From Vulcanimicrobiota bacterium (GTDB taxonomy: Bacteria; Vulcanimicrobiota; Vulcanimicrobiia; Vulcanimicrobiales; Vulcanimicrobiaceae), in contig CAVTWP010000009.1 in assembly GCA_963738465.1 (NCBI GenBank), positions 117,002-181,001 on the forward strand: a stretch of 64,000 nucleotides of DNA, given 5' to 3'. Within the stretch, counting starts at the first letter, position 1, and the number at the start of each line of letters is the position of its first letter. Positions 31,571 to 41,325 of the stretch are shown piece after piece. The notes beneath the pieces are model-generated. The model was not told the origin of the DNA. It saw only the letters and a program-made list of their open reading frames with translations, and did not search any database. Made by a program: the position numbers and the translations under genes.

Positions 31571-34225
31571 TCAGCGAACCTTCAGCAGCCGCGACATCGC
31601 GTTGGCCGGCATCGGGCGGCCGACTAGGAACCCCTGAATCTCGTCGCAGCGCAGCATCCGCAGCAACTTCGCTTGCTCCTCGGTCTCGACGCCCTCGGCG
31701 ATCACCCGCAGCTTGAGGTCGCGCCCGAGCGAGACCATCGTCGACACGATCGTGGTCTTGCTCTCGTTGGTCGTCATGCCGTCGATGAAGCCGCGATCGA
31801 TCTTCATCGAGCTGATCGGCAACTGGAACAAGTACGACAGCGACGAGTACCCGGTACCGAAATCGTCGATGGCGATCTCGACGCCCAAATTGTGGATCGC
31901 GCGGAGCGTGTCGACCGCGGCGCGCACGTCGCCCATGACGGCGCTCTCGGTGACCTCGAGGTCGAGGCCCGGATCGGTCGGGAACGCGCCGAGCGCGTCT
32001 TCGACGTCGCCCAAAAGGTAACGGTCGCGGAGCTGAACGGCCGAAACGTTGACGGCGATGCGCGGCGCGGCCAGCCCAGCTGCCAGCCAGGCGTGATGCT
32101 GGCGGACCGCCTCGCCGATCGCCCACCGTCCGACCTCCTTGATCAGTCCGGTTTCTTCCAGGACGGTGATGAACTCGTTGGGCGGCACGAGGTGGCCCGG
32201 CCGCTTCGGATCCCTCCAGCGCAGCAATGCCTCGACCCCGACGATCGCGCGGCTGACCAGTTCGACCTTCGGCTGGTAGTACATCACGAACTGCTGCTCG
32301 AACGTTGCGCGCTCCAGCCTCGCTTCGAGGGCGATGCGCCGTTCCATGCGCGCGTTGAGCTCGGCCGAATAGAAGCGGTACGGCGCGTCCGAACCTTTGG
32401 CGGTCTTGAGTGCGGTCTCGGCCATCCGGAAGAGCGTCTTCGCGTCGCTGCCGTCGGAAGGGTAGACGGCACAGCCCACGTGAGCGGTGAGCTTGACCTC
32501 GTGCCCGGCGACGACGATCGGCTCGGCCAACAACCGTACCCCCTCCGATCCGAGCGCCGACATCACGTCCTTGAGCGCCTCGAGCTCCGGGATCAAGATC
32601 GAGAAGCGGTCGCCGGCGATCCGAGCGATGTTCTCCGAACCGATCTGATCGCGCATGCGCTGCGCGATCTGCTGCAGAATCAGGTCGCCGCGAGCGTCGC
32701 CGAGCGACGAGTTGACGTAGGCGAACTTCCGCAGGTCGAAGACCAGCAGGGCGAGCCGGTCCCCGCGGCGTGCCGAAGCGGTGATCTCTTGAGCGAGCCG
32801 CTCCTGCGCGAACGAGCGGTTCGGCAAACCCGTGAGCTGGTCGTAGTACGAGAGATAGTTCACCCGCTCGCGGTTGGCGGCGAGCTCGAGCTTGAACGCG
32901 AGATTGTTGGTGAGCGCGGCGAGCAGATCGATTTCGTCCTCGTTGAAGAAGTCGCGCTCGTAACTACCCAGCAGCAGGCTTCCCTTGCGCCGGGCGTCGA
33001 TCGCGAACGGGAAGCTCGCGATCGCGCGCACGCCGGATTCGGCCAGCCAGCGGCTCTGCGGAGCGCGCGCCACCCGCGATTCGACGTCGTTCTCCGCGAT
33101 CGGCCGGCCGCTGCGCAGCGACTCGGCGAGCACGCCTGCCGCCACGTCCGGATCGTCGAACAGCCGCTCGATGCCGCGCTTGATCCGGCCGCTCGGCGCG
33201 TCGCCGATCAGCGCTTGAATCTCCCCGAAGCCGGTGTCGGCGTCGACCTCGACCATCATCGCGATCGGCAGTCCACCGACGCTGGTCGCGATGCGGCACG
33301 CCTCGTCGCGCAGCTCGGCCGGCTCGTTGATGCGCACGATCGCAGTGTTGACCGCCGAGAGCACGTCGCGGATGCGGCTCAAGCGCTCGATTTGGCGCAA
33401 TTGCTCCATCCGCTCGGTGATGTCCGCGCCGACGGTGTCGACCCGCTGCGGCACGCGGTTGTGGTCGTACGCGATCTTCCCCCGATGCGTGACCCAATGG
33501 ATCGAACCGTCGGCGTGAACGACCCGGTACTGGTCCTCGGCGACGCCGTCGGCCAGCATGCGCTCGCGCAGGGCTGCAAAGGTCTCCAGGTCGTCGGGAT
33601 GGACGAAGTCTTGCCAGGCGTCGTCGTGACGGTAGAAGTCCTCAGCCGAACGCCCGTAGACCCGCCGCGCCGCGGGGCTCACGTAATAGTAGCGGCCCTC
33701 CGCGAGAGAGTACGACGACAGCGCGCTGTCGACGTTTGCCAGCAGCGCGGTGACCCGCTCGTACGCGGCGTTGAACTCGAACTCCGCGACGCGTCCGAGC
33801 GCGAGGTGCCGCGCGTCGTCGATGGCACGGACGACCGCATCGGGCAACTGCCCGAGGTTTTGCTTGGAAACGTAGTCGACCGCGCCGTCGCGCACGGCCC
33901 ATGCCGCACGCTCTTCGCCGATTGCGCAGGCGACGACGATGACCGGCGTGTCGGCGGCCAGCTCGCGAACGACGGTCAAGACCGCTCGGCTGTCGAAGTC
34001 CGGCAAGCGGTCTTCGCTCAGCACCAGATCCGGCGCGAACTCGGCCAATTCTCGGCGCAGATCGGCTTCGGAGATCGCGACCCGCGCGTCGAACGCGATC
34101 CCGACGCGTTCCAGCTCGCCGATCTCGCGCGCGGCCGCGACAGGATCGTCATCGACGATGACGATCCTGATCGTGACCGACACACTGTCGGGACGGACGT
34201 TCGCGTGGACGCTACGCGCGCGCAC
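31571..34225 (-). CDS. REC-PAS-GAF-GGDEF(degenerate)-EAL protein, probable c-di-GMP phosphodiesterase
   Basis: YDQLTGLPNR; AGDRF instead of GGDEF; EALLRW, DDFGTGYSSL, AEGVET. Confidence 0.92.
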   Translation of the reverse strand: MRARSVHANVRPDSVSVTIRIVIVDDDPVAAAREIGELERVGIAFDARVAISEADLRRELAEFAPDLVLSEDRLPDFDSRAVLTVVRELAADTPVIVVACAIGEERAAWAVRDGAVDYVSKQNLGQLPDAVVRAIDDARHLALGRVAEFEFNAAYERVTALLANVDSALSSYSLAEGRYYYVSPAARRVYGRSAEDFYRHDDAWQDFVHPDDLETFAALRERMLADGVAEDQYRVVHADGSIHWVTHRGKIAYDHNRVPQRVDTVGADITERMEQLRQIERLSRIRDVLSAVNTAIVRINEPAELRDEACRIATSVGGLPIAMMVEVDADTGFGEIQALIGDAPSGRIKRGIERLFDDPDVAAGVLAESLRSGRPIAENDVESRVARAPQSRWLAESGVRAIASFPFAIDARRKGSLLLGSYERDFFNEDEIDLLAALTNNLAFKLELAANRERVNYLSYYDQLTGLPNRSFAQERLAQEITASARRGDRLALLVFDLRKFAYVNSSLGDARGDLILQQIAQRMRDQIGSENIARIAGDRFSILIPELEALKDVMSALGSEGVRLLAEPIVVAGHEVKLTAHVGCAVYPSDGSDAKTLFRMAETALKTAKGSDAPYRFYSAELNARMERRIALEARLERATFEQQFVMYYQPKVELVSRAIVGVEALLRWRDPKRPGHLVPPNEFITVLEETGLIKEVGRWAIGEAVRQHHAWLAAGLAAPRIAVNVSAVQLRDRYLLGDVEDALGAFPTDPGLDLEVTESAVMGDVRAAVDTLRAIHNLGVEIAIDDFGTGYSSLSYLFQLPISSMKIDRGFIDGMTTNESKTTIVSTMVSLGRDLKLRVIAEGVETEEQAKLLRMLRCDEIQGFLVGRPMPANAMSRLLKVR

Positions 34226-34485
34226 TCTCGCCCGCGCGCCGGTCGAGTCCGCTGCGTTCGCGCCAAGTAAGCGCTCGGCGCTCGAGGCCGTGCCGCTTCC
34301 TTCGATTCGGTTCGCTGGACTCTGACCGTGTCATGGGAGGTCGCCCCCCGGTGCGACGACCCGGACTTTCCCTTGGCTGCGACGCTCACCTTCGAGAGAC
34401 ACGGCGCGGCCGCTTTCAATCCCGAGCCGGCGCAGCAGCGCTATCGTCACGCGGCGAACGGTCGAGTCGTTCGGCACGCTCGCCT

Positions 34486-35889
34486 TCAGACGGCGAGCAA
34501 ATCGATCAGCGGCGGCGCGACCGGACGCGCGGCGCCGTCGAACGTCGCGGCGCGGCCGACGCAGGTTCCGCGCACGCCCCAGACAGATGCGCCTTCGACC
34601 GCAACGTCGGCCCAGGGATGAGCGAGATCGGCCGCGGTCTCGTTCGCCGGGAAGTTGACCGTTACGTTGTCGATCGTCTTCGCGCTGAGCTTCGCCGCGT
34701 CTTTGCGCGAGACGCCGTGGACCAGCGCGCGCACGACCGTGCCGAGCTTGCGGTCGTGATACGCCCGCACCGCCGCATCCTGCACCTCCTTGAGGCGGAC
34801 GAACCGCGCTTGCGCGACGTCGTGCGGAACCGCCGCCGCGGCGTGCCAGACGGCGGCCGGCGTTCCGCGCCGCGGCGAGTAGACGAACATGTACGCTTGG
34901 GCGAAGATCCCCGTCGCGCACACCTCGAGGGTGCGCGCGAAGTCCTCGTCGGTCTCACCCGGGAAGCCGACGATCAAATCGGTCGTGATCGCCCAGCTCG
35001 GATTGGAGCGCTTGAACGTCGCGACCCGCTCGAGGAACTGCTCGACGGTGTACTTGCGGTTCATCCGGCGCAGCATCGGGTTCGAGCCGGACTGCAGCGC
35101 GACGTGAAAGCGCGGGTTCATCTTGGGCAGCGTCGCGCAGACGCGCGCCAGCTTCTCGTTGAGGTCCTTCGGATGCGAGCTGACGAACGACACGCGTTCG
35201 ACGGTCTCGATCGCGCAGACCGCTTCGAGCAGTTCGGCGAAGTCCGCGCCGGTCGCGGGCTCCTTGTAAGCGTTCACCGTTTGCCCGACCAGCGTGATCT
35301 CGTGCGCGCCGGCCTGCGTCTTGGTCCGCACCTCGGCCAGCACGTCGCGCAAGGGGCGGTGGTCGAAGCGTCCGCGCACGTGCGGCACGATGCAGAACGT
35401 GCAGTAGTACGAGCAGCCGCGCTGGACGTTGACGAAGCCGCGCAGCGCGTCGTAGGGTCCGGCGATCCCTTCGCCCGCACCGCCCATCACGGTTTCGATC
35501 TCGCGGTCGACCGTCACGTCGTCGTCCGGGTACTCGGCGCGCCAGGCGGCCAGCGCGTCTCCGAGCGCGCCCAGCTCGCGCGTGCCGAACACGCCGTCGA
35601 CGTGCGGCACGATCTTGCGCATGCGGTCTTTGTCCTGCTCCGCCAAGCAGCCGGTGACGATCACCTTCACCGACGGATCGGCGTCCTTGACGGCCTTCCA
35701 GTGCGCGATCCGGCCGTAGGCGCGCCGCTCGGCGTTGTCGCGCACCGTGCAGGTGTTCAAGACCAGCACCGACGCGTCTTCGGGCCGCTCGGCGAGGGTG
35801 AAGCCCGCGCCGACGGCGCGGCGCGCGATGTCCTGCGAGTCGGCCTCGTTCATCTGACAGCCGTGCGTCTCGATGTAGATCTGCGCCAC
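34486..35889 (-). CDS. miaB: tRNA-i6A37 methylthiotransferase
   Basis: GCQMN..DS, NTCTVR, GCSYYCTFCIVP, IVGFPGET and YSPRRGTPA. Confidence 0.95.
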   Translation of the reverse strand: MAQIYIETHGCQMNEADSQDIARRAVGAGFTLAERPEDASVLVLNTCTVRDNAERRAYGRIAHWKAVKDADPSVKVIVTGCLAEQDKDRMRKIVPHVDGVFGTRELGALGDALAAWRAEYPDDDVTVDREIETVMGGAGEGIAGPYDALRGFVNVQRGCSYYCTFCIVPHVRGRFDHRPLRDVLAEVRTKTQAGAHEITLVGQTVNAYKEPATGADFAELLEAVCAIETVERVSFVSSHPKDLNEKLARVCATLPKMNPRFHVALQSGSNPMLRRMNRKYTVEQFLERVATFKRSNPSWAITTDLIVGFPGETDEDFARTLEVCATGIFAQAYMFVYSPRRGTPAAVWHAAAAVPHDVAQARFVRLKEVQDAAVRAYHDRKLGTVVRALVHGVSRKDAAKLSAKTIDNVTVNFPANETAADLAHPWADVAVEGASVWGVRGTCVGRAATFDGAARPVAPPLIDLLAV

Positions 35890-35921
35890 TATGGTGCGGT
35901 CTCGATGGAGATCTGCGCCAT
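35889..35921 (-). repeat. Imperfect tandem copy of the miaB 5' end forming a 10-aa mini-ORF (MAQISIETAP)
   Basis: ATGGCGCAGATCTCCATCGAGAC vs GTGGCGCAGATCTACATCGAGAC; TAG overlaps the miaB GTG. Confidence 0.75.
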
Positions 35922-35944
35922 TTATCGTGCCGTCTGAGTCGAGG

Positions 35945-36673
35945 TCATCGAGTTCCCGAAGAGAGCATGGTGAGGAGATCCAGCGGGAGGTAGAGGCGCG
36001 AGCCGATCAGCGTCGGCGCGTCGCCGAGGTCGACCACCTTACCGTCGACGCGATAAGCGGTCAGCCCGAGGTGCGCGACGACCTCGTGCCCGCCGTAGCG
36101 TACCACGACCTTCTCGCCCTCGACCTGGATCGCGCTCTTGGGCAGATAGTCCTCGGCCGGCGCGACGACGCTGGGACGCGGCTGCTCGACCTCGGGCTGC
36201 AGCACGACGTCGGTGCGGGTCTGCGGCCACACCGTCACGCTGCGCATGATCCGCCCGTGCGCAGTGCGGACGGCGAGCTCGTGGGTTCCGGCGGCGGCCG
36301 GATAGGTCCCGTCCTTGGAGCGCGCGGCCGGAACGCCGTCGAGCAAGGTCTGCGTCGCGACGACGCCGTGGACGGCGATGGAGCCGGGCGCCGGCCGCAG
36401 TCCGGTGCGTTCGAGATCGAGCCGCGTCGAGCTGAGCGTCGTTTGACCGCTCACGACGCTCACGTCGAGCTGGAGCGGGCGCCAGCCGGTCTTGGCGACG
36501 CCCAGCGTATGATGGCCGGTAGCCAAGGCGTCGACGACCAATGGGCTGCGGCCGACGTACGTTCCGTCGATCCACACGTCGGCGGCGCTCGGCAAAGTCG
36601 TCACGTACAAGGAGCCGGTCGGAACGGCGGCCAGGAGCAGCACGAACGCGACGGTCGCGAGGCGACGGAGCAT
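35945..36673 (-). CDS. Secreted PEGA domain protein with a C-terminal copper-amine-oxidase-N/stalk-like domain
   Basis: GSLYVTT.P..ADVWIDG.YVG.SP (PEGA); AP.LIG.RLYLPL. Confidence 0.8.
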   Translation of the reverse strand: MLRRLATVAFVLLLAAVPTGSLYVTTLPSAADVWIDGTYVGRSPLVVDALATGHHTLGVAKTGWRPLQLDVSVVSGQTTLSSTRLDLERTGLRPAPGSIAVHGVVATQTLLDGVPAARSKDGTYPAAAGTHELAVRTAHGRIMRSVTVWPQTRTDVVLQPEVEQPRPSVVAPAEDYLPKSAIQVEGEKVVVRYGGHEVVAHLGLTAYRVDGKVVDLGDAPTLIGSRLYLPLDLLTMLSSGTR

Positions 36674-36696
36674 GACGCTGGGAACCTTGGGCGGTC

Positions 36697-38082
36697 ATGG
36701 CCGAAGCCCTCGCTCCTTCCCTGCGCGTGCGACCCGCGACCGTTGCGGTCGTCGGACGCCCGAACGTGGGCAAGAGCGCGCTGTTCAACCGCCTGCTCGG
36801 CCAGCGCTTGGCGATCGTCGAGGACACGCCGGGCGTGACGCGCGACAGGCTCTACGCCCTGACGGAGTGGCGCAACCGCACCTTCACGCTCGTCGACACC
36901 GGCGGGATCGACGCCGGCTTCGACCCGTCCGACGCGATCGCGCACGGTACCCGCGCGCAGGCCGAGTCGGCTGCGCGCGACGCCGACGTGATCGTGCTGA
37001 CCGTCGACGCGCAGGACGGTCTGGTCTCCGCCGACGAGGACGTGGCGCACATCTTGCGGCGCACGCGCAAGCCGGTGATCCTGGCTGCCAACAAGATCGA
37101 ATCCCCGAAAGCCGCAGCCTCGGTGCACGCGGAGTTCAGCAGTCTGGGCTTCGGCGAGCCGCTCGGCGTCTCGGCGCTGCACGGCGAAGGAACGGGCGAT
37201 CTGCTCGACGCCATCGTCGAGCGGTTGCCGCCGGACGATTTCGGTGCGCAAGAGAGCCCGGAGCTGGCGCTCGCGCTGATCGGCCAGCCCAACGTCGGCA
37301 AGTCGTCGCTGCTCAACGCGCTGCTCGACGAGGAACGCGCGATCGTTTCGGAGGTGCCGGGAACGACGCGCGACGCGATCGACACGCTGCTGCGGTGGTC
37401 GGGCCGGAGCTTTCGGCTGATCGACACCGCCGGCGTGTACAAGAAGGCCGGCCAGCATGGGCCGATCGAATACTACTCGTCGCTGCGCTCGCTCAAGGCG
37501 ATCTCGCGCTCCGACGTCGTGATCCTCTTGATCGATGCGCTCAGGGGACCCACGAACCAAGACCGCCGGCTGGCCGGGATCGCGCTCGAAGAGCGCAAGG
37601 CGCTCGTGATCGTCGGCAACAAGTACGATCTCGTGCGCGCGCAGGGTGAGTACAGCCAAGCCGAACTCGCCGCCGAGATCCACGCGCAGATGCCGTTCGC
37701 ATCGTTCGCGCCGGTGACGTTCCTCTCGGCGCTCACCAAGCGGCGTCTGCAGAGCCTCATGCCGCTGGTCGAGCGCGTCGCGCGCAACCTCGATCGGCGC
37801 ATCCCGACTGCGAAACTCAACGCGATCGTGCGCGACGCCGTGCTCGCGCACCCGCCGCCGATCCAATCCGGCAAGCCGCTCAAGATCCTGTACGCGTCGC
37901 AGCCGCAGACGCACCCGCCGCTGTTCGTGTTTCACGTCAACGACCCGGAGCTGGTGCCGTCCTCCTACCGGCGCTTCATCGAGCACACGCTGCGCGGCGA
38001 GTTCGACTTCGAGGGCGTCCCGCTCACGCTCGACTTCCGGTCGCGCCGGGCGGAGAGCGGCGCCGCGGAGCGTTCGCGGTGA
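36697..38082 (+). CDS. der: Ribosome biogenesis GTPase Der
   Basis: Two GTPase domains (GRPNVGKS, GQPNVGKS, DTGG/DTAG, NKxD/E) and a KH-like tail. Confidence 0.97.
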   Translation: MAEALAPSLRVRPATVAVVGRPNVGKSALFNRLLGQRLAIVEDTPGVTRDRLYALTEWRNRTFTLVDTGGIDAGFDPSDAIAHGTRAQAESAARDADVIVLTVDAQDGLVSADEDVAHILRRTRKPVILAANKIESPKAAASVHAEFSSLGFGEPLGVSALHGEGTGDLLDAIVERLPPDDFGAQESPELALALIGQPNVGKSSLLNALLDEERAIVSEVPGTTRDAIDTLLRWSGRSFRLIDTAGVYKKAGQHGPIEYYSSLRSLKAISRSDVVILLIDALRGPTNQDRRLAGIALEERKALVIVGNKYDLVRAQGEYSQAELAAEIHAQMPFASFAPVTFLSALTKRRLQSLMPLVERVARNLDRRIPTAKLNAIVRDAVLAHPPPIQSGKPLKILYASQPQTHPPLFVFHVNDPELVPSSYRRFIEHTLRGEFDFEGVPLTLDFRSRRAESGAAERSR

Positions 38083-38690
38083 GTCCCGTCGTGGTGACCG
38101 TCGCGTCGGTCGTCGTCGCTTTCTTCGTCGGCGCGATCCCGTTCGGCGTGCTCGTGTCGCGCGCGTTCTATGCCACCGACATCCGCCGGTCGGGGAGCGG
38201 CAACATCGGCGCGGCGAACGCGCTGCGCACGCTGGGCAAACGCGGCGCGGCGGCGGTGCTGGCGCTCGACGCGCTCAAAGGCTTCGCGCCGGCGCTGGCG
38301 GCCGGCGCGCTGGGCGGCCCGGTCACCGCGACGCTGGCGGCGTTTGCGGCCGTCGCCGGTCACTGCTGGTCGCCGTTCTTGCACTTCAAAGGCGGGAAAG
38401 GGGTCGCCACCCTGTTGGGAACGGTGATCGCACTGTGGTGGCCGGCCGGGATCGCGTTCGGGATCGTCTGGATCGCCGTGGTGGCGGCGTGCGGCTACGC
38501 GTCGGTCGGTTCGATGTTGGCGTCGCTCGCGATGGCGCCCGTGCTGTGGTTCGGAATGGGCCGCGTCGGATTGATCTACGGCCTGGCGTCGGCGCTGGTC
38601 ATCGTCTTTCGCCACCGTGAGAACCTCGCTCGCTTGCGGCGCGGGACGGAAAACCGTATCTCGCTGCTGAAAGCGGGCCGCCAGTCATGA
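38079..38690 (+). CDS. plsY: Glycerol-3-phosphate acyltransferase PlsY
   Basis: GSGNIGAAN, D.LKG, GH, FKGGKGVAT and HRENL.RL. Confidence 0.96.
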   Translation: MSPVVVTVASVVVAFFVGAIPFGVLVSRAFYATDIRRSGSGNIGAANALRTLGKRGAAAVLALDALKGFAPALAAGALGGPVTATLAAFAAVAGHCWSPFLHFKGGKGVATLLGTVIALWWPAGIAFGIVWIAVVAACGYASVGSMLASLAMAPVLWFGMGRVGLIYGLASALVIVFRHRENLARLRRGTENRISLLKAGRQS

Positions 38691-39250
38691 TCAGCTCCAA
38701 CGATTTCCGAAACGGCGTCACGATCGTCATCGACGGCCAGCTCTGGACCGTCATCGAGTTCCTGCACGTCAAACCCGGCAAAGGCTCGGCGTTCGTGCGG
38801 ACGCGTCTCAAGAACGTCAAGTCGGGCGCGACGGTCGAGCGCACGTTCCGCGCCGGCGAGAAGCTCGAGCGCGCCACCGTCGACAACCGCGACATGCAGA
38901 TGCTCTACAACGACGCCGACGGCTATCATTTCATGGACAATGAGACCTACGAGAACTTCACCCTGCAGCGCGACATCATCGGCGACCCGGCCGACTTCCT
39001 CAGGGACGGGATGAAGATCGCCGTGCAGTTCCACGACGGGACGCCGATCGGCGCCGACCTGCCCGCGCACGTCGAGCTGCGAGTCGACGAGACGGATCCC
39101 GGCTTCAAGGGCGACACCGCGACCGGTACCACCAAGCCGGCCAAACTCGAGACCGGCGCGACGGTCAACGTTCCGCTGTTCGTGAATCCCGGCGACGTGA
39201 TCCGGATCGATACGCGCGACCGCCGCTACATCGGGCGCGTGCAGAGCTGA
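38687..39250 (+). CDS. efp: Elongation factor P (Lys-type)
   Basis: HVKPGKGSAF, PGFKGDTA and VPLFV. Confidence 0.98.
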   Translation: MISSNDFRNGVTIVIDGQLWTVIEFLHVKPGKGSAFVRTRLKNVKSGATVERTFRAGEKLERATVDNRDMQMLYNDADGYHFMDNETYENFTLQRDIIGDPADFLRDGMKIAVQFHDGTPIGADLPAHVELRVDETDPGFKGDTATGTTKPAKLETGATVNVPLFVNPGDVIRIDTRDRRYIGRVQS

Positions 39251-39256
39251 CGTGAC

Positions 39257-40021
39257 CTGACACCGCTCGGAGCGATCGAGCTCTTTCTGGCCGGTTTCGC
39301 GGCCAGCGTCTTCGGCTCGCTGGTCGGCCTGGGCGGCGGGTTCGTCGTGATCCCGCTGCTGCGCGTCGCGTTCGGCGTTCCGCCGGCGCAGGCCGCCGGA
39401 ACGTCGCTGCTGCTCGTGTTCGCCAACACCGCCGCGGCGAGCATCGCTTATCTGCGCCACCGCGTCGTCGACATGCGGCTGGCCGTGCCGCTCACGGTCG
39501 CGGCGGTACCGGGCAGCATCGCCGGCGTGCTGGCCGTCAAACGCTTCAGCCCGACCGGCTTCGACGTCGCCTACGCCGCGGCGCTGATCGTGCTGGCCGG
39601 GCTCGTGCTCGCGCGGCGCAAGATGACCTCGCGCGCCGCCGATGAGCGCACGTTCGCGCACGATCCGCGCGTCGGCCTCGTCGCCGGCTTCGGCGTCGGC
39701 TTCTTCTCCTCGCTGTTCGGGATCGGCGGCGGCGTGGTGCTGATCCCGCTGCTGCTGATCGTCGCGCGGATGCCGCCGCACGTCGTCACCGCGACGACCG
39801 CGTTCGTGATCACCACTACCGCGCCGGTCGGCATCGCGGCGCACGCGATCGGCGGCGACGTGGACTGGGTGTTCGCGCTCCCGCTGCTGCTCGGCGGCGT
39901 AATCGGAGGGAGCATCGGGCCGCCGATCGCCAAGCGCGTCTCCTCGCCGAACCTCATCACCCTGCTCGCCGTCGCGCTGATCCTGGCCGCGGTCGGCCTC
40001 GCCGTACGCCATCTGGTGTAG
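39257..40021 (+). CDS. TauE/SafE sulfite exporter family permease (start uncertain, CTG 39257)
   Basis: GSLVGLGGG...P and SSLFGIGGG...P duplicated motif; the first motif lies upstream of the ORF-track start. Confidence 0.88.
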   Translation: MTPLGAIELFLAGFAASVFGSLVGLGGGFVVIPLLRVAFGVPPAQAAGTSLLLVFANTAAASIAYLRHRVVDMRLAVPLTVAAVPGSIAGVLAVKRFSPTGFDVAYAAALIVLAGLVLARRKMTSRAADERTFAHDPRVGLVAGFGVGFFSSLFGIGGGVVLIPLLLIVARMPPHVVTATTAFVITTTAPVGIAAHAIGGDVDWVFALPLLLGGVIGGSIGPPIAKRVSSPNLITLLAVALILAAVGLAVRHLV

Positions 40022-40070
40022 CAGCCGCACCGAGCGGGAATCCGTCTCGATCCGCCGATACCGTATCCGT

Positions 40071-40748
40071 ATGGGAACGCGCACACAGTTCTTGGTTGCG
40101 AGCGCGGCCGGCGCCGTCGCGCTGGGCACGACGGCAACGGTTGCGGCTGCGGCGGCCGACCCGGCGATCCTCGACGAAACGGCCTTCGTGGGCCGCATAC
40201 GCAGCGGCGCGAAGCACCGTCAGGCGATCGGCGCCGCGCGCGCCGACGACGGCTCGGTGCTGCAGTTCGCGGTCAATTCGCTCAACGGGTTCGAAAGCGG
40301 CTGGCACGAGGCGGGCTCCAACGTGCAGATCGCGATCGTGATCGCCGGCTCGGCGGTGACGCTCGGGCTCGACGACGAGGCGTGGCGCACCTACAAGCTG
40401 CTCGAGGTCGTGCGCGGCCGCAAGGACTCGGTGCCGGCCGAATTCGCGCAAGGCAATTCCTGGTCGCACGCGACCGCCGGCACGGCGCCGAACGCCGACC
40501 GTTCGATCCCCGCGCTCCTGGCGCGCGGCGTGAAGATCTTCTGCTGCAACACCGCGCTGGGCGACGTCGCCAATCGCATCGTCACCGCCCGCAAAACCGA
40601 AGGCAACGCCTCGCCCGGCAATCCGAACGAGATCCAAGCCGAGCTGCGCAGCCACGTGCTGCCTGGCCTCGGCATCGTCCCGGCCGGCATCGCCGCAATC
40701 GCGGTCCTCCAAGAGAACAGCTACACCTACTTCAGCGCCGCCCTGTAG
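40071..40748 (+). CDS. Exported DsrE-like hypothetical protein
   Basis: Tat-like TRTQFL signal; L.ARGVKIFCCNTAL and VPAG..AI..LQE..Y.Y pattern. Confidence 0.65.
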   Translation: MGTRTQFLVASAAGAVALGTTATVAAAAADPAILDETAFVGRIRSGAKHRQAIGAARADDGSVLQFAVNSLNGFESGWHEAGSNVQIAIVIAGSAVTLGLDDEAWRTYKLLEVVRGRKDSVPAEFAQGNSWSHATAGTAPNADRSIPALLARGVKIFCCNTALGDVANRIVTARKTEGNASPGNPNEIQAELRSHVLPGLGIVPAGIAAIAVLQENSYTYFSAAL

Positions 40749-40777
40749 CGGCATTCGCCCCCACGCGAACTCTACGT

Positions 40778-41299
40778 TCAGCGCCGGGAGGTGGAGGCCG
40801 CGCGCTGCAGCTCGACCGGGCGCATCTCGACGACTTCGAAGACGGCGAACGGTTTGCGGCAGCGGGCGCAAACGAGGTTGGCGGACGGCTTGCGTTTGCG
40901 CAGCAACTCCATCGTGCATTTCTCACAGCGCAGGATGTAGCGCTTCGTTGACTCGTTGAGCGGCGTCGCGCGGCCGAGGTCGTGGTAGATCGAGCGCAGG
41001 CCGAGCTCTTGCATCTTGCGCTTGAACGCCGCGGTGTGGCCGGGACTCTTGCCCAGCGCGTGCAGCCAGGCGTGAATCATCTCGTGCAGCAAGGTCTCGC
41101 GCAGCTCCCCGGCCTTACCGGCCAAATGCTTGGGGGACAGCTCGATCAACGGCGGTTTGTAGGTAATCCGGCCCGCGCAGTTCGAGAAGCGCGCGTTGTA
41201 GGCGATCCGGTAGGTCGGGATCTCGCCCCGGAAATGCATCCAGTTGTACTGCGCAAAGAGGAGCTGCAGCTCGGCGACGTCGGGCAGACCGGGGAGCAC
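40778..41299 (-). CDS. SprT-like zinc metalloprotease domain protein
   Basis: TLLHEMIH (HExxH), GH...F, C-terminal CxxC...CxxC. Confidence 0.9.
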   Translation of the reverse strand: MLPGLPDVAELQLLFAQYNWMHFRGEIPTYRIAYNARFSNCAGRITYKPPLIELSPKHLAGKAGELRETLLHEMIHAWLHALGKSPGHTAAFKRKMQELGLRSIYHDLGRATPLNESTKRYILRCEKCTMELLRKRKPSANLVCARCRKPFAVFEVVEMRPVELQRAASTSRR

Positions 41300-41325
41300 G
41301 CAGCATCCTTCGCCAAGTCCCCCGG

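Noticed and set aside
34226-34485. Intergenic stretch as a possible riboswitch or small ORF
   Set aside because: No recognisable aptamer consensus or convincing coding signal
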